Assembly: GCA_001791745.1 (NCBI GenBank)
Contig: MGFG01000032.1
Location: forward strand, 3,775 to 67,774
Length of the DNA: 64,000 bases
Reading direction: 5' to 3'
Source of the DNA: Candidatus Uhrbacteria bacterium RIFOXYC2_FULL_47_19
GTDB lineage: Bacteria > Patescibacteriota > Patescibacteriia > SG8-24
Below the pieces are notes generated by a model. It did no database searches. It was not told the DNA's origin and saw nothing but the letters and a program-made list of their open reading frames with translations. The position numbers and the translations under genes are program-made. Positions 8,437-17,895 of the stretch are shown here, one piece after another. Position 1 is the first letter of the stretch. The number at the start of each line of letters is the position of its first letter.

Positions 8437-11088
8437 CTAATGGACATTAGTCTTTTTTGAAATTTTGATCGTTAATTCGCTGTTTTTTGCGTCAACCTTA
8501 GCTTGATCGCCGGATTCCAATCGTCCATCGATGATCATCATAGCTAGAGGGTCGAGGATTTCATGTTGAATTACACGTTTGAGTGGTCTGGCTCCGAAGG
8601 ATGGGTCGTATCCTTTTTTAGCGATAAGTTCTCGGGCTATATTGGAGACACTTAATCCAATATGTTGTTCTGCCAATCGAATAGCCACTCGATCGAGTTG
8701 AATCTGTGCTATTTGAGTTATCTCAGTTTCGTTCAGTGATCCAAAGACGATTACTTCGTCCAAACGGTTCAAGAATTCCGGTTTCATTTGATCCTTTAGG
8801 AGTTCTAGTATTTTACTGCGAACCGAGTCTTCTTCATGTACATCGGAATCGGAGAAGCCAAGGTGTCCACGGTGATCAGCTTCGAGTATGGTATCCGAGC
8901 CAATGTTGGAGGTCATGATAATGACTGTATTTTTGAAGTTGACCTTACGTCCTTTAGAGTCAGTTACTCGACCCTCATCCAATATTTGTAGAAAAGTATT
9001 CCAGACATCTGGATGAGCTTTTTCGATCTCGTCCAGTAGAACAACTGAGTATGGACGACGGCGGACTTGTTCGGTTAGTTGGCCACCTTCATCGTGGCCG
9101 ATATAGCCAGGAGGGGATCCAAGCATTCGGGAGACGGTATGTCTTTCGCCATATTCAGACATATCGAGCCTAATCATCGCATTTTCATCATTGAACATGA
9201 ATTCAGCCAGGGCTCGGGCTAATTCGGTTTTTCCCACACCAGTTGGTCCGAGGAAGAGGAAAGATCCAATAGGCCGATTTTCTTCGGCTACACCGGCCCT
9301 AGATCGACGGATGGCACCTGCGACCGCGTGTACAGCCTCCTTTTGTCCAACAACACGCTTTTCTAATTCTTCCTCCATGTTAGCCATTTTTGTCGCCTCC
9401 TCGCGGAGCATTTTAGAGACTGGTATGCCTGTCCAACGAGAGACAACCTTAGCTACGTCCTCCTCATTTACCTCTTCCTTTAGAAAGCGATGTCCGTGTT
9501 GTAGTTCAGCTAATCTTTGAGTAGCTCGATCTAAGTTTTTTTGAGCCTCTGGTATTTCGCGATGTAGTATCTCACCAGCTCGAATCATGCTACGATCATC
9601 GCCACTTCTTTGAGCAATTTCCGCTTCTTGTCTGAGCTCATCTGTGCGTCTGCGACTGGAGCGTATCTCAGCAATAGCCTCTCGTTCATTTTTCCATGAC
9701 AATTCGAGTGAGGAATAGCGTTCATTGAGTTCAGCTAGATCTTTTTCTATCTCTGATAACCGTTCCTTGGAATCATTATCTTCTTCTTTTTCCAGGGCTA
9801 ATTTTTCTAGCTTTAGACGCATTAAACTACGCTTAAGCGCGTCGATTTCCTGTGGCTCGGAGTCAATCTCCATACGTAAAGCCGAAGCAGCTTCATCAAT
9901 TACGTCGACTGCCTTGTCTGGCAAAAAACGGTCTTGGATGTAGCGTGTGGAAAGTTCTACTGTTGTAACTACTGCTGGATCGGTAATGCGAACACCATGA
10001 TGTAGCTCGTAGCGTTCTTTGATACCACGAAGAATGGCGACTGCATCTTCGAAAGACGGTTCAGCTACTGAGACTGGTTGAAAACGGCGTTCGAGTGCTG
10101 CATCCTTTTCGATATATTTTTGATATTCCTTTGGTGTTGTAGCACCGATTGCTCGTAACTCGCCTCGAGCCAAGGCTGGCTTTAACATGTTGGAGGCATC
10201 AAGCGGTGAACCATCACTTGATCCGGCACCGACTAGAGTATGTAATTCGTCAATAAAGAGAATAATTCGTCCAGCTGAATTCTCGATTTCTTTAAGAAGA
10301 GCCTTGAGACGATCCTCAAATTCACCACGAAACTTTGATCCAGCCACTAATGAACCAAGATCCAAAGCTGCAATTTCTTTGTCTTTTAAAAGTTCTGGCA
10401 CATCACCTTGGACAATACGCTGGGCCAAACCTTCAACGATTGCTGTTTTACCAGTACCGGCTTCACCAATTAATACTGGATTATTTTTAGTTCGTCGCGA
10501 TAAGACTTGCATTACTCGACGTATTTCCTCATCACGTCCAATAACTGGATCAAGCTTCTCTTGGCGAGCAAGTTCAGTTAAATTGCGGGAGTATTTTTTT
10601 AGAGCTTGATACTTTTGTTCCGGTTCTGGAGAGTCTACTTTTTGAGAACCTCTAATTTCGACTAAGACCTTCATTACCCCATCATGAACTATTCCAGCTT
10701 CATCGAGCAGAGTCTTAGCTGGAGAGGGGATCTCGAGCAGTGCCAGTAGTAGGTGTTCGGTTGAAATATATTCATCACCGAAACTCTTAGCTTCTTTTTC
10801 AGCCTGACGAAGGACACGAACCGTAGTTGGGTTTAATGCTAGTGGGGCAGTATCGGACGAGGGTTCTTGTTTAGGTAGTCGAGAAATGAGATTTTGTGTT
10901 CGACGGTCCAGATCCGATCGATCGGCCTCTAATTTATCACAAACTGATCCAATAACCCCTTCAGACTGTTCCAATAGTGCAGCTAGGAGATGTAGTGGGT
11001 TTAGCTCCAAGTTGCCGTTCTCAAAAGCTTGAATTTGGGCCGACTCTATGGCCTCGCGAGATTTGGTGGTGAAGTTTTTTGGAAGCAT
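8437..11088 (-). CDS. clpB: ATP-dependent chaperone ClpB.
   Basis: Two AAA+ modules (GEAGTGKT and GPTGVGKT Walker A), a long coiled-coil middle domain, and a Clp N-domain. Confidence 0.9.
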   Translation of the reverse strand: MLPKNFTTKSREAIESAQIQAFENGNLELNPLHLLAALLEQSEGVIGSVCDKLEADRSDLDRRTQNLISRLPKQEPSSDTAPLALNPTTVRVLRQAEKEAKSFGDEYISTEHLLLALLEIPSPAKTLLDEAGIVHDGVMKVLVEIRGSQKVDSPEPEQKYQALKKYSRNLTELARQEKLDPVIGRDEEIRRVMQVLSRRTKNNPVLIGEAGTGKTAIVEGLAQRIVQGDVPELLKDKEIAALDLGSLVAGSKFRGEFEDRLKALLKEIENSAGRIILFIDELHTLVGAGSSDGSPLDASNMLKPALARGELRAIGATTPKEYQKYIEKDAALERRFQPVSVAEPSFEDAVAILRGIKERYELHHGVRITDPAVVTTVELSTRYIQDRFLPDKAVDVIDEAASALRMEIDSEPQEIDALKRSLMRLKLEKLALEKEEDNDSKERLSEIEKDLAELNERYSSLELSWKNEREAIAEIRSSRRRTDELRQEAEIAQRSGDDRSMIRAGEILHREIPEAQKNLDRATQRLAELQHGHRFLKEEVNEEDVAKVVSRWTGIPVSKMLREEATKMANMEEELEKRVVGQKEAVHAVAGAIRRSRAGVAEENRPIGSFLFLGPTGVGKTELARALAEFMFNDENAMIRLDMSEYGERHTVSRMLGSPPGYIGHDEGGQLTEQVRRRPYSVVLLDEIEKAHPDVWNTFLQILDEGRVTDSKGRKVNFKNTVIIMTSNIGSDTILEADHRGHLGFSDSDVHEEDSVRSKILELLKDQMKPEFLNRLDEVIVFGSLNETEITQIAQIQLDRVAIRLAEQHIGLSVSNIARELIAKKGYDPSFGARPLKRVIQHEILDPLAMMIIDGRLESGDQAKVDAKNSELTIKISKKTNVH

Positions 11089-11126
11089 AGGCTTTTAGCC
11101 GGATTTTTAAGCAAGATTGGTTCTTT

Positions 11127-11153
11127 TTAGCACTCTCATATGGTGACTGCTAA
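11127..11153. promoter_or_regulatory. CIRCE-like inverted repeat (HrcA operator), 39 nt upstream of the clpB start.
   Basis: TTAGCACTC-N9-GACTGCTAA, against the consensus TTAGCACTC-N9-GAGTGCTAA. That is 17/18 matches, and the left half is perfect. Confidence 0.55.
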
Positions 11154-11236
11154 TAATATTGTTATATCTAACCAGAACTGTGTCAAGTTAAGAACTTCGC
11201 CTTTTCTTTTTTAGGCATGCTATTCTTCATGCTGTT

Positions 11237-12013
11237 ATGAGAATTCGATTATTGGGGGTTCCAATTGATACCCTGACCAATCAGGAGGTTGAGCACAAAA
11301 TAGCTGATTTTTTAGTTAAAAAAGTGGGTAGGGCAGTTTTTACTCCAAATCCGGAGATGCTTGTTAGAGCTAGGAAGAATCAGTCGTTTTGCGACACTTT
11401 GCAAAAAGGCGATCTAAATATACCCGATGGAGTAGGACTACTTTGGGCTGCCAGCCTTTTCGGACTAAAGATCCCTGAACGAGTAACCGGCACTGATCTA
11501 ATGGACGTGGTTTGTCGTTTAGCAGCAGAACGTGGTCGAACTGTTTATTTTTTGGGTGGTGAAGATGGAGTAGCCAGTCGAGCTGCACGACGAATGCAAG
11601 ATCGTCATCCGACCCTGAAGGTTGTCGGAGCTTTAGGAGGTGGTCGTGTTTCAATTAATGCGGACGGCGAACCGTTATTAAGTCCAGAAGTAGAAAAATC
11701 TATTTTGATTACTGCGCCGGATGTTCTCCTTGTCGCTTTTGGACACGAGATTCAGGAGAGGTGGATCGCCTCGCATCTACAGAAATTTTTCTCGGTTAGG
11801 GTAGCCATGGGAATTGGTGGCGCTTTCGATTTTTGGGCTGGAGACGTGTCTCGGGCACCTCGTTGGGTTCAAAAAATATGGTTAGAGTGGTGTTGGCGCC
11901 TTATCTTGCAGCCACGACGTATTGGTCGCATACTAACAGCCGTGATACTCTTTCCAGCCTTGGTCTTAGGGGTGCGGCTTGGTATCATTAAGGCAGAAAG
12001 TAACAAACTATGA
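11237..12013 (+). CDS. WecB/TagA/CpsF-family glycosyltransferase (N-acetylmannosaminyltransferase family).
   Basis: Family hallmarks: VFTPNPEMLV...DGVGLLWAA...RTVYFLGG...VASHLQK. Confidence 0.8.
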   Translation: MRIRLLGVPIDTLTNQEVEHKIADFLVKKVGRAVFTPNPEMLVRARKNQSFCDTLQKGDLNIPDGVGLLWAASLFGLKIPERVTGTDLMDVVCRLAAERGRTVYFLGGEDGVASRAARRMQDRHPTLKVVGALGGGRVSINADGEPLLSPEVEKSILITAPDVLLVAFGHEIQERWIASHLQKFFSVRVAMGIGGAFDFWAGDVSRAPRWVQKIWLEWCWRLILQPRRIGRILTAVILFPALVLGVRLGIIKAESNKL

Positions 12014-13476
12014 CTAGAATCAGATTTGCGCCTTCGCCAACTGGATTTTTACATGTTGGCGGATTACGTACTGCACTCTATTGCGAACTTTTCGCCCGGA
12101 AGAATAATGGGCGACTTATTTTGCGTATTGAGGACACTGATCGTACTAGGTTAGTGGATGGTGGTGTTGAGAATATCATTAGAACATTGGAGTGGGCTGG
12201 GATTAAGCCGGATGAAGGTCCTTATGTAGACGATAAGGGTCAATTGAAGCAACGGGGTGATTATGGACCCTACATACAATCCGAAAGATTAGACATCTAC
12301 AAAAAGTATATTGATCAACTTTTAGAGAATGGCAAGGCTTATCGTTGTTATTGTACACCAGAAAGACTAGAGGAGATGCGAGATCATCAGAAGTCTGAAG
12401 GGACTCAGACTATGTATGATCGTCGTTGTCGCAACTTGGATTATGAGATTTGTAAAAAATTGGAAGATGAAGGTCGACCATTTGTTGTTAGATTAGCAAT
12501 GCCAACAGAAGGTGTAACAGTTTGGGATGACCTAATACGTGGTCATATTGAGATTTCGAATGATCAAATTGATGATCAGGTATTACTAAAATCAGATGGA
12601 TTTCCGACCTATCATCTAGCTGTTGTGGTCGACGACCATCTTATGGGAATAACACATGTTATTCGGGGTGAGGAATGGTGTCCTTCAACACCTAAGCATG
12701 TTGTGCTCTATGAAGCTTTTGGTTGGGAACAGCCAAAGTTTGCACATCTTCCATTACTTTTGAATCGGGATCGTTCTAAGCTCTCAAAGCGTCAAGGTGA
12801 TGTAGCCGTTGAGGATTATCGTGATAAGGGCTATCTATCTGAAGCCTTGGTTAATTTTGTAGCTTTGTTGGGTTGGAACCCGAATGGTGACCGGGAAATT
12901 TATGATCGTCAGGAACTAGTTGACTCTTTTGATCTATCTAAAATTAATCGTGGTGGAGCTGTCTTTGATTTAGAGAAACTTAATTGGATGAATGGTGAGT
13001 ACATAAAAAAACTATCAGATGAAGAATTGGTTGATTTAGTAAAACCATTCTTTGAGAAGGTAGGTTTGGGAACAGATCAAGAGATAATTGCTAAAGCCGC
13101 GTTACTTGAGCGTAGTCGAGCTAAGACACTATCAGAGATACCGGCTGCATTACTTTTCATATTTGTCGATCCTGAAGTGGATCCAGATTTACTTCCATGG
13201 AAGAAATCAACGCCAGAGATTGCCAAGGATCGTTTGGTGGGGCTAAGAGAATATATTTTGGGGTTGGATTCAAAAATTTTTGATAGCCAGGAGTTGATTG
13301 AAATGGAATTATTGGGCTTTATTACTAAGATGGGTTGGACCAATGCTGAGACACTTTGGCCGATGCGTGTGGCATTAACTGGATTGTCTGTATCGCCAGG
13401 TCCGTTCGAAGTAGCCTGGGTTTTAGGCCAAAAGGTAACTATTCAGCGTCTTGAGTCGGCAATAGTCAAACTTTAG
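12010..13476 (+). CDS. gltX: Glutamyl-tRNA synthetase.
   Basis: Class I HIGH region (PSPTGFLHVGG) and the KMSKS variant KLSKRQG. Its start overlaps the preceding stop (ATGA). Confidence 0.9.
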   Translation: MTRIRFAPSPTGFLHVGGLRTALYCELFARKNNGRLILRIEDTDRTRLVDGGVENIIRTLEWAGIKPDEGPYVDDKGQLKQRGDYGPYIQSERLDIYKKYIDQLLENGKAYRCYCTPERLEEMRDHQKSEGTQTMYDRRCRNLDYEICKKLEDEGRPFVVRLAMPTEGVTVWDDLIRGHIEISNDQIDDQVLLKSDGFPTYHLAVVVDDHLMGITHVIRGEEWCPSTPKHVVLYEAFGWEQPKFAHLPLLLNRDRSKLSKRQGDVAVEDYRDKGYLSEALVNFVALLGWNPNGDREIYDRQELVDSFDLSKINRGGAVFDLEKLNWMNGEYIKKLSDEELVDLVKPFFEKVGLGTDQEIIAKAALLERSRAKTLSEIPAALLFIFVDPEVDPDLLPWKKSTPEIAKDRLVGLREYILGLDSKIFDSQELIEMELLGFITKMGWTNAETLWPMRVALTGLSVSPGPFEVAWVLGQKVTIQRLESAIVKL

Positions 13477-13480
13477 TTAG

Positions 13481-14740
13481 ATGACAAAAAGTTGGTTTAT
13501 AAAATTAAGGACATCAAGATTGAATGCGTTGTTGTTTGTTTTTATTGTTTTTGTTTTATTCATTGGTTTTTTGATTCCTATTAATTCAGCTTTTGCTGAA
13601 AGTTCAGACGTTAAGAGTGAAATAGAGGAAATGAATTCCGAAGTACAGAAAAAAAAGACACAAGTTAAGGAACTCAATGATCGGATAGAGCACTATCGAC
13701 AGCTAATTTCTCAGAAGAAGATTGAGGGTGCATCAATAGAGGATCAGATTAATTTGATAGAGAGCCAGGTAGCCAAAACTAAGGTTAGTATTGAGGTCTC
13801 TGAGCAGGAAATTAAAGTCATTGAACTTCAGGTTAGTGGTCTAGATGTCAGAATTGGTGAAGCAGAGGCTCGAATAGAGCACGAACGATTATTGTTAACC
13901 TCTTTAATTCGTGACCTTCATCGTCGCCAATCAAATTCAAGCGTTCTAGGAATTCTACTTTCGCATGATACTTTTTCAGATTTCTTTGATGAGCTTTATG
14001 CCGTAGTTTCTCTACAACGCAATCTAGACCTATCTCTTAAAAATATTTCTGAGTTGAAATTAAGTTTAGAGAGCGAGCGTCAAGATAGAGAGAATAAGCG
14101 TATTGAAACTGTATCTCGTCGATTAACCTTGGAGTCAACCAGAAGAAAGATGGAAGACGAGTTAATGCTCAAAGATACTTTGCTCTCTGAGACCATGTCG
14201 TCTGAGCTTGAATATCGCTACATGCTAGCTGAATTGAAGCGTGAACAGAATGAGGCAGACTCAGAAATAACTTCTTTAGAGAGAACCCTACGAGAAAAGA
14301 TGGATCTTTCTGAGCGTTTAGGTGCGTCTTCTACTGTGTTGGCTTGGCCAGTCAATCCGGAACGTGGTCTATCGACTATTTTTCATGATCCAGATTATCC
14401 ATTTCGCAATATTTTCGAACATCCCGGTATAGACATTCGAGCTTATCAAGGAACTCCGATACGAGCTGTTGCATCTGGAGTTGTAGGTCGGGCCAAAAAT
14501 GCTGGCATGGGTTATAGCTATGTATTGTTAGTGCACGGTAATAATCTTTCCTCGGTTTATGGACATCTGAGCCGCATTACTGTAAAGGAAGATACTTTTG
14601 TCGAAAGAGGGGAACTAATTGGTTATTCTGGAGGAATGCCAGGGACACCTGGTGCCGGACAACTGACCACTGGTCCTCATCTTCATTTTGAAGTTCGTCT
14701 TAATGGTATTCCGGTTAATCCGATGCAATATTTGCCATAA
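13481..14740 (+). CDS. M23 family metallopeptidase with an N-terminal signal/TM segment and a long coiled coil (EnvC-like murein hydrolase or activator).
   Basis: A C-terminal LytM/M23 domain (HPGIDIRA...GHLSRITV...TGPHLHFEV), preceded by about 250 aa of heptad-rich sequence. Confidence 0.8.
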   Translation: MTKSWFIKLRTSRLNALLFVFIVFVLFIGFLIPINSAFAESSDVKSEIEEMNSEVQKKKTQVKELNDRIEHYRQLISQKKIEGASIEDQINLIESQVAKTKVSIEVSEQEIKVIELQVSGLDVRIGEAEARIEHERLLLTSLIRDLHRRQSNSSVLGILLSHDTFSDFFDELYAVVSLQRNLDLSLKNISELKLSLESERQDRENKRIETVSRRLTLESTRRKMEDELMLKDTLLSETMSSELEYRYMLAELKREQNEADSEITSLERTLREKMDLSERLGASSTVLAWPVNPERGLSTIFHDPDYPFRNIFEHPGIDIRAYQGTPIRAVASGVVGRAKNAGMGYSYVLLVHGNNLSSVYGHLSRITVKEDTFVERGELIGYSGGMPGTPGAGQLTTGPHLHFEVRLNGIPVNPMQYLP

Positions 14741-15242
14741 AAAGAAATGGTGTCGTAAAATAGAAAAAGGGGGATTTAGGAGATTAGATAGGAGATTAGA
14801 GAAGGTGGAAAAAGTAGGTCAAGCAAGAAGAATTATTGTTATGGATCTCGGTCCATGATTTTTATTTTTGGTAGAGGATGATGATTAAGATAGGAATTTT
14901 TGCCCAAGAATCGAATCTGGGATTTAGTCAGATTATTATCAGCGATCTTCAAGGTCGTATTAGGGGCCTAAAATAGGGTCAAAATTTCAACTTTGAGCCA
15001 TTTTATGAGGCGTTTAAACGCGCTGTGTTATTTTGGAAGGTACTAGGGGGTTATGATTTTTAAAAAGGAGAATGGTGTTTTTGAAGAAGTTATTGTTAGG
15101 GCCTAAAAAACATTTCTGGTGTCGTTTAAGGTATATTGTGCGTCACAAGATATAAGTGATTAACCTCACTAAAAGTTAAAGAGTGATTTGTCTTCTATTC
15201 CCTACTTTTATTTCCAACTTTACTTTGTACTTTGTTAATTAT

Positions 15243-15275
15243 TAAAAAAGGTCCGGAAGCTCGGACCTTAGTTTC
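15243..15275 (-). terminator. Rho-independent terminator of the 82-aa ORF.
   Basis: GGTCCG-gaagct-CGGACC, followed on the minus strand by a T-run. Confidence 0.6.
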
Positions 15276-15300
15276 GTCACTTAATTCTTCTTTACTTTGT

Positions 15301-15549
15301 TCAATTAGCGACCGAGACTGACGTGAATCCATCAACGTGCCTAATCTGAGTGATTGTTTCATCGTCGATCGGACCTTCTAGCAAGAAGATGCTAGGATGG
15401 TCCTCTCTTAAGTAGAAAACATCTCTTCGATCACCTAGCAGCTCTTCTAATTGTTTTGCTACGTGTTTCTTGGTTGTACCTTGACTGGCTATTATTTTGA
15501 TAACCATACCCTCTCCATCTCCATTCTTGTTTGGGGCCAACATTAACAA
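15301..15549 (-). CDS. Small hypothetical protein (82 aa, or 68 aa from the internal Met).
   Basis: An isolated ORF with its own flanking terminators. No family recognised. Confidence 0.4.
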   Translation of the reverse strand: MLMLAPNKNGDGEGMVIKIIASQGTTKKHVAKQLEELLGDRRDVFYLREDHPSIFLLEGPIDDETITQIRHVDGFTSVSVAN

Positions 15550-15594
15550 AGATATGTTATTGAGGCAAGGATTAGTTGTTTTTGGATTTAGTAA

Positions 15595-15628
15595 ATAAAA
15601 ACCCGACTAATGAAGTCGGGTTTTTATG
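15595..15628 (-). terminator. Rho-independent terminator of the DsbA-like gene.
   Basis: ACCCGAC-taatgaa-GTCGGGT, flanked by A- and T-runs. Confidence 0.6.
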
Positions 15629-15639
15629 CCTAGGGGTTA

Positions 15640-16383
15640 TTAGAGGACCGCTTCAAGCATAGCTTTCAATTGGTCGTAAGGAATAGCTCCAGGTACAAGA
15701 GTTGGTTGTCCATCAGAGCCAACAATGATAGTACCAGGGGTTCCTTGAACCCCTGCTGTCATTCCACCTGATAGGTCAGCACTGATTTTACTGTCGTACT
15801 TCGAGGAAGTAATACAATCGTCAAATTTACTTAGATTGAGTTTCAAGTTTTTCGCTAGAGTCTCATATCTGTCTGAACCTAAGATGGTTTGATCTTCAAA
15901 GAGGCCATCAGCAAACTCCCAAAATTTACCTTGCTCAGCTGCACACTCAGCAGCATTGGCTGCAGTTCGGGCATTAGGATGAAAGGATAATGGGAAATGA
16001 CGGAAGACTACTTGGATTCGTCCCTCATATTCGTCCATCAACTGTTTAAAAGATGTGTGAAATCGTCCACAATATGGACACTCGAAGTCGGAGTAAAGAT
16101 AGACTGTGGCTTCAGCATCGTCTGGGCCGACGATATGATCAGTGTCGTCGATGGGTTTGATTTCTCCAACCTCGTCGGATAAACCATCATCGACCGGTGA
16201 AGGGTAGGTGTCATCGTAAGCCAGATTTTGATCTGAATTAGATAGATCCGAGCTAGCTTGGTTATTAAACACGTAACTTAGCAAGATAAAAAAACCAATA
16301 GTACACAGTACTAGCACTCCGCCTATTAAACCAAGGGCGAAACTGGTTTTTGGTGAGATGACTACATTACCGTCATGACTCAT
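15640..16383 (-). CDS. DsbA-family thiol:disulfide oxidoreductase with an N-terminal TM anchor.
   Basis: Thioredoxin-fold CxxC active site FECPYCGRFH, and an N-terminal hydrophobic helix. Confidence 0.75.
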   Translation of the reverse strand: MSHDGNVVISPKTSFALGLIGGVLVLCTIGFFILLSYVFNNQASSDLSNSDQNLAYDDTYPSPVDDGLSDEVGEIKPIDDTDHIVGPDDAEATVYLYSDFECPYCGRFHTSFKQLMDEYEGRIQVVFRHFPLSFHPNARTAANAAECAAEQGKFWEFADGLFEDQTILGSDRYETLAKNLKLNLSKFDDCITSSKYDSKISADLSGGMTAGVQGTPGTIIVGSDGQPTLVPGAIPYDQLKAMLEAVL

Positions 16384-16587
16384 ACAAATCTTTTGGGTAG
16401 ATGATAATTAGTTTGATTGGCTCGCCCACTGGATTTATCCAAACATGGACGGTGAGAATTTACTTTATCAGAAAAGATCCTCCAACAACAAGAAACTTAT
16501 TCACTCTGGTAGATTTGTAGATTAGTTTTTTAGCCAAAAACTAGAACCCATTAAATTTTTCTTTAGTTTAAGCCATTTTTTGCATAG

Positions 16588-17595
16588 CTAATTATCACCT
16601 CCAATAAAACGGAAAAATATTCTTTCATCATAGCGTAAATCGACATATTCTAGTTCACCTCGTCTTTCTCCTATCTTTTCCCTTAAAACCAATGATAATC
16701 TTGTGGCTTGTGTCTCAAAAGGAATGAGTGTGGTTAGGTAGACGTGCCAACCTTCCTTAAGCATTACATCGACAGTGTCAGCTGCTGGGTCAAGCACGAA
16801 CCACCTTACTCCTGTACCAGACACATCTGATAGTTGATTATAGGCTTGTAAAACAAGTTTTAACATTTCATTTGCAACTGCCGTTCCACTTGGTTCATAG
16901 TCACCCCCAACCTTATCCCAGTCTAGTATTAGTGGTATTGGATTGCTATTTTTTCGATCTTTATCAGGATCGGTGATTGTATTTGGATCTATGTCCCCCA
17001 CTCCGACCGATTCTGCTCCGAGTTCACCTGCTGCCACACCTTCGAATCCTTCCGGTAAATCGATTAGGGCAATTCTTTCTCTTTTTGTTAGCTCTCTAAT
17101 TACATAACCTTCCTCATCAATAGCCAAAAATTGACCTTTAGCCAAAAAAGCTCCAACTGACGTTTTTTCTTCTGCCTTAACTAAGATTGTACCAGGAAGT
17201 TTTTTTCTAATTTCTAAGGAATTAAGATAAAACTTTTGAGTAATATCTGATTCTGCTGTTTTAGTATCAAAGATAAAAATTGAAGCTTGTGGTAAAAAAA
17301 TCAAACGTCTTTTTTGTAGACGACTCTCCATTAATTCCCTAATTATGGTTGAAGTATCAGCTGATACACCTTCGATTGTTATGTTTGAAATACGAAAAGA
17401 CTGACTCCAAAATAAGTACCAACCTACAAATAGTAATAGAGCAAAACTTATCGTTATTAAAACGATAATCTTAAGAAGGCGTGGATCACGTGTCTTTCGT
17501 TTATTGTTTTGTCCACCAAAAAGCGGATTACCGTAATTGCGTCGACTGTAGTCGCGAGTGCTCCGTAACGATTTTTTGCTATGATAATCCTTCAT
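16588..17595 (-). CDS. ftsQ: Cell division protein FtsQ/DivIB-like (POTRA domain).
   Basis: A basic cytoplasmic tail, a single TM, and a POTRA-like segment (ISNITIEGVS...TSTIIREL). It sits immediately downstream of the ddl remnant, as in dcw clusters. Confidence 0.65.
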   Translation of the reverse strand: MKDYHSKKSLRSTRDYSRRNYGNPLFGGQNNKRKTRDPRLLKIIVLITISFALLLFVGWYLFWSQSFRISNITIEGVSADTSTIIRELMESRLQKRRLIFLPQASIFIFDTKTAESDITQKFYLNSLEIRKKLPGTILVKAEEKTSVGAFLAKGQFLAIDEEGYVIRELTKRERIALIDLPEGFEGVAAGELGAESVGVGDIDPNTITDPDKDRKNSNPIPLILDWDKVGGDYEPSGTAVANEMLKLVLQAYNQLSDVSGTGVRWFVLDPAADTVDVMLKEGWHVYLTTLIPFETQATRLSLVLREKIGERRGELEYVDLRYDERIFFRFIGGDN

Positions 17596-17607
17596 GAGAG
17601 CGGTTAA

Positions 17608-17886
17608 TCAATTAAGTTCTCTCTTAAGGTTGGATGTAGTATAAGAACGTTCTTCCGCTGTCCTGATTAGTCGATCAAGTAAGGTCTGATAATGAATACC
17701 ACTAGCTGCTAATAGTTTTGGAAACATGCTGAATTGAGTAAATCCAGGCATTGTATTGATTTCATTGAGGTAAAGTTCATCAGACTTTGGATTGAGTGTC
17801 TTGGCAATTGAAATAGCAGAACGTACAGATACTTCATGTTCACTGGATTTTCCTCCGTACAGCAGTAGCAGTGATTTCTTCGGCAT
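17608..17886 (-). pseudogene. ddl: D-alanine--D-alanine ligase remnant. An in-frame internal deletion has left 92 aa.
   Basis: Residues 5-27 ([26 protein letters not shown]) match the Ddl N-terminus. Residues 39-75 ([39 protein letters not shown]) match the extreme Ddl C-terminus. The central ATP-grasp region, about 220 aa, is absent. Confidence 0.7.
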
Positions 17887-17895
17887 AGAAGTCGA

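Noticed and set aside
9191-10609. Plus-strand ORFs (9191..9520, 9725..9943, 10187..10609) inside clpB.
   Set aside because: They are antisense to a strongly supported clpB and have a low-complexity Ser/Arg-rich composition typical of shadow ORFs.
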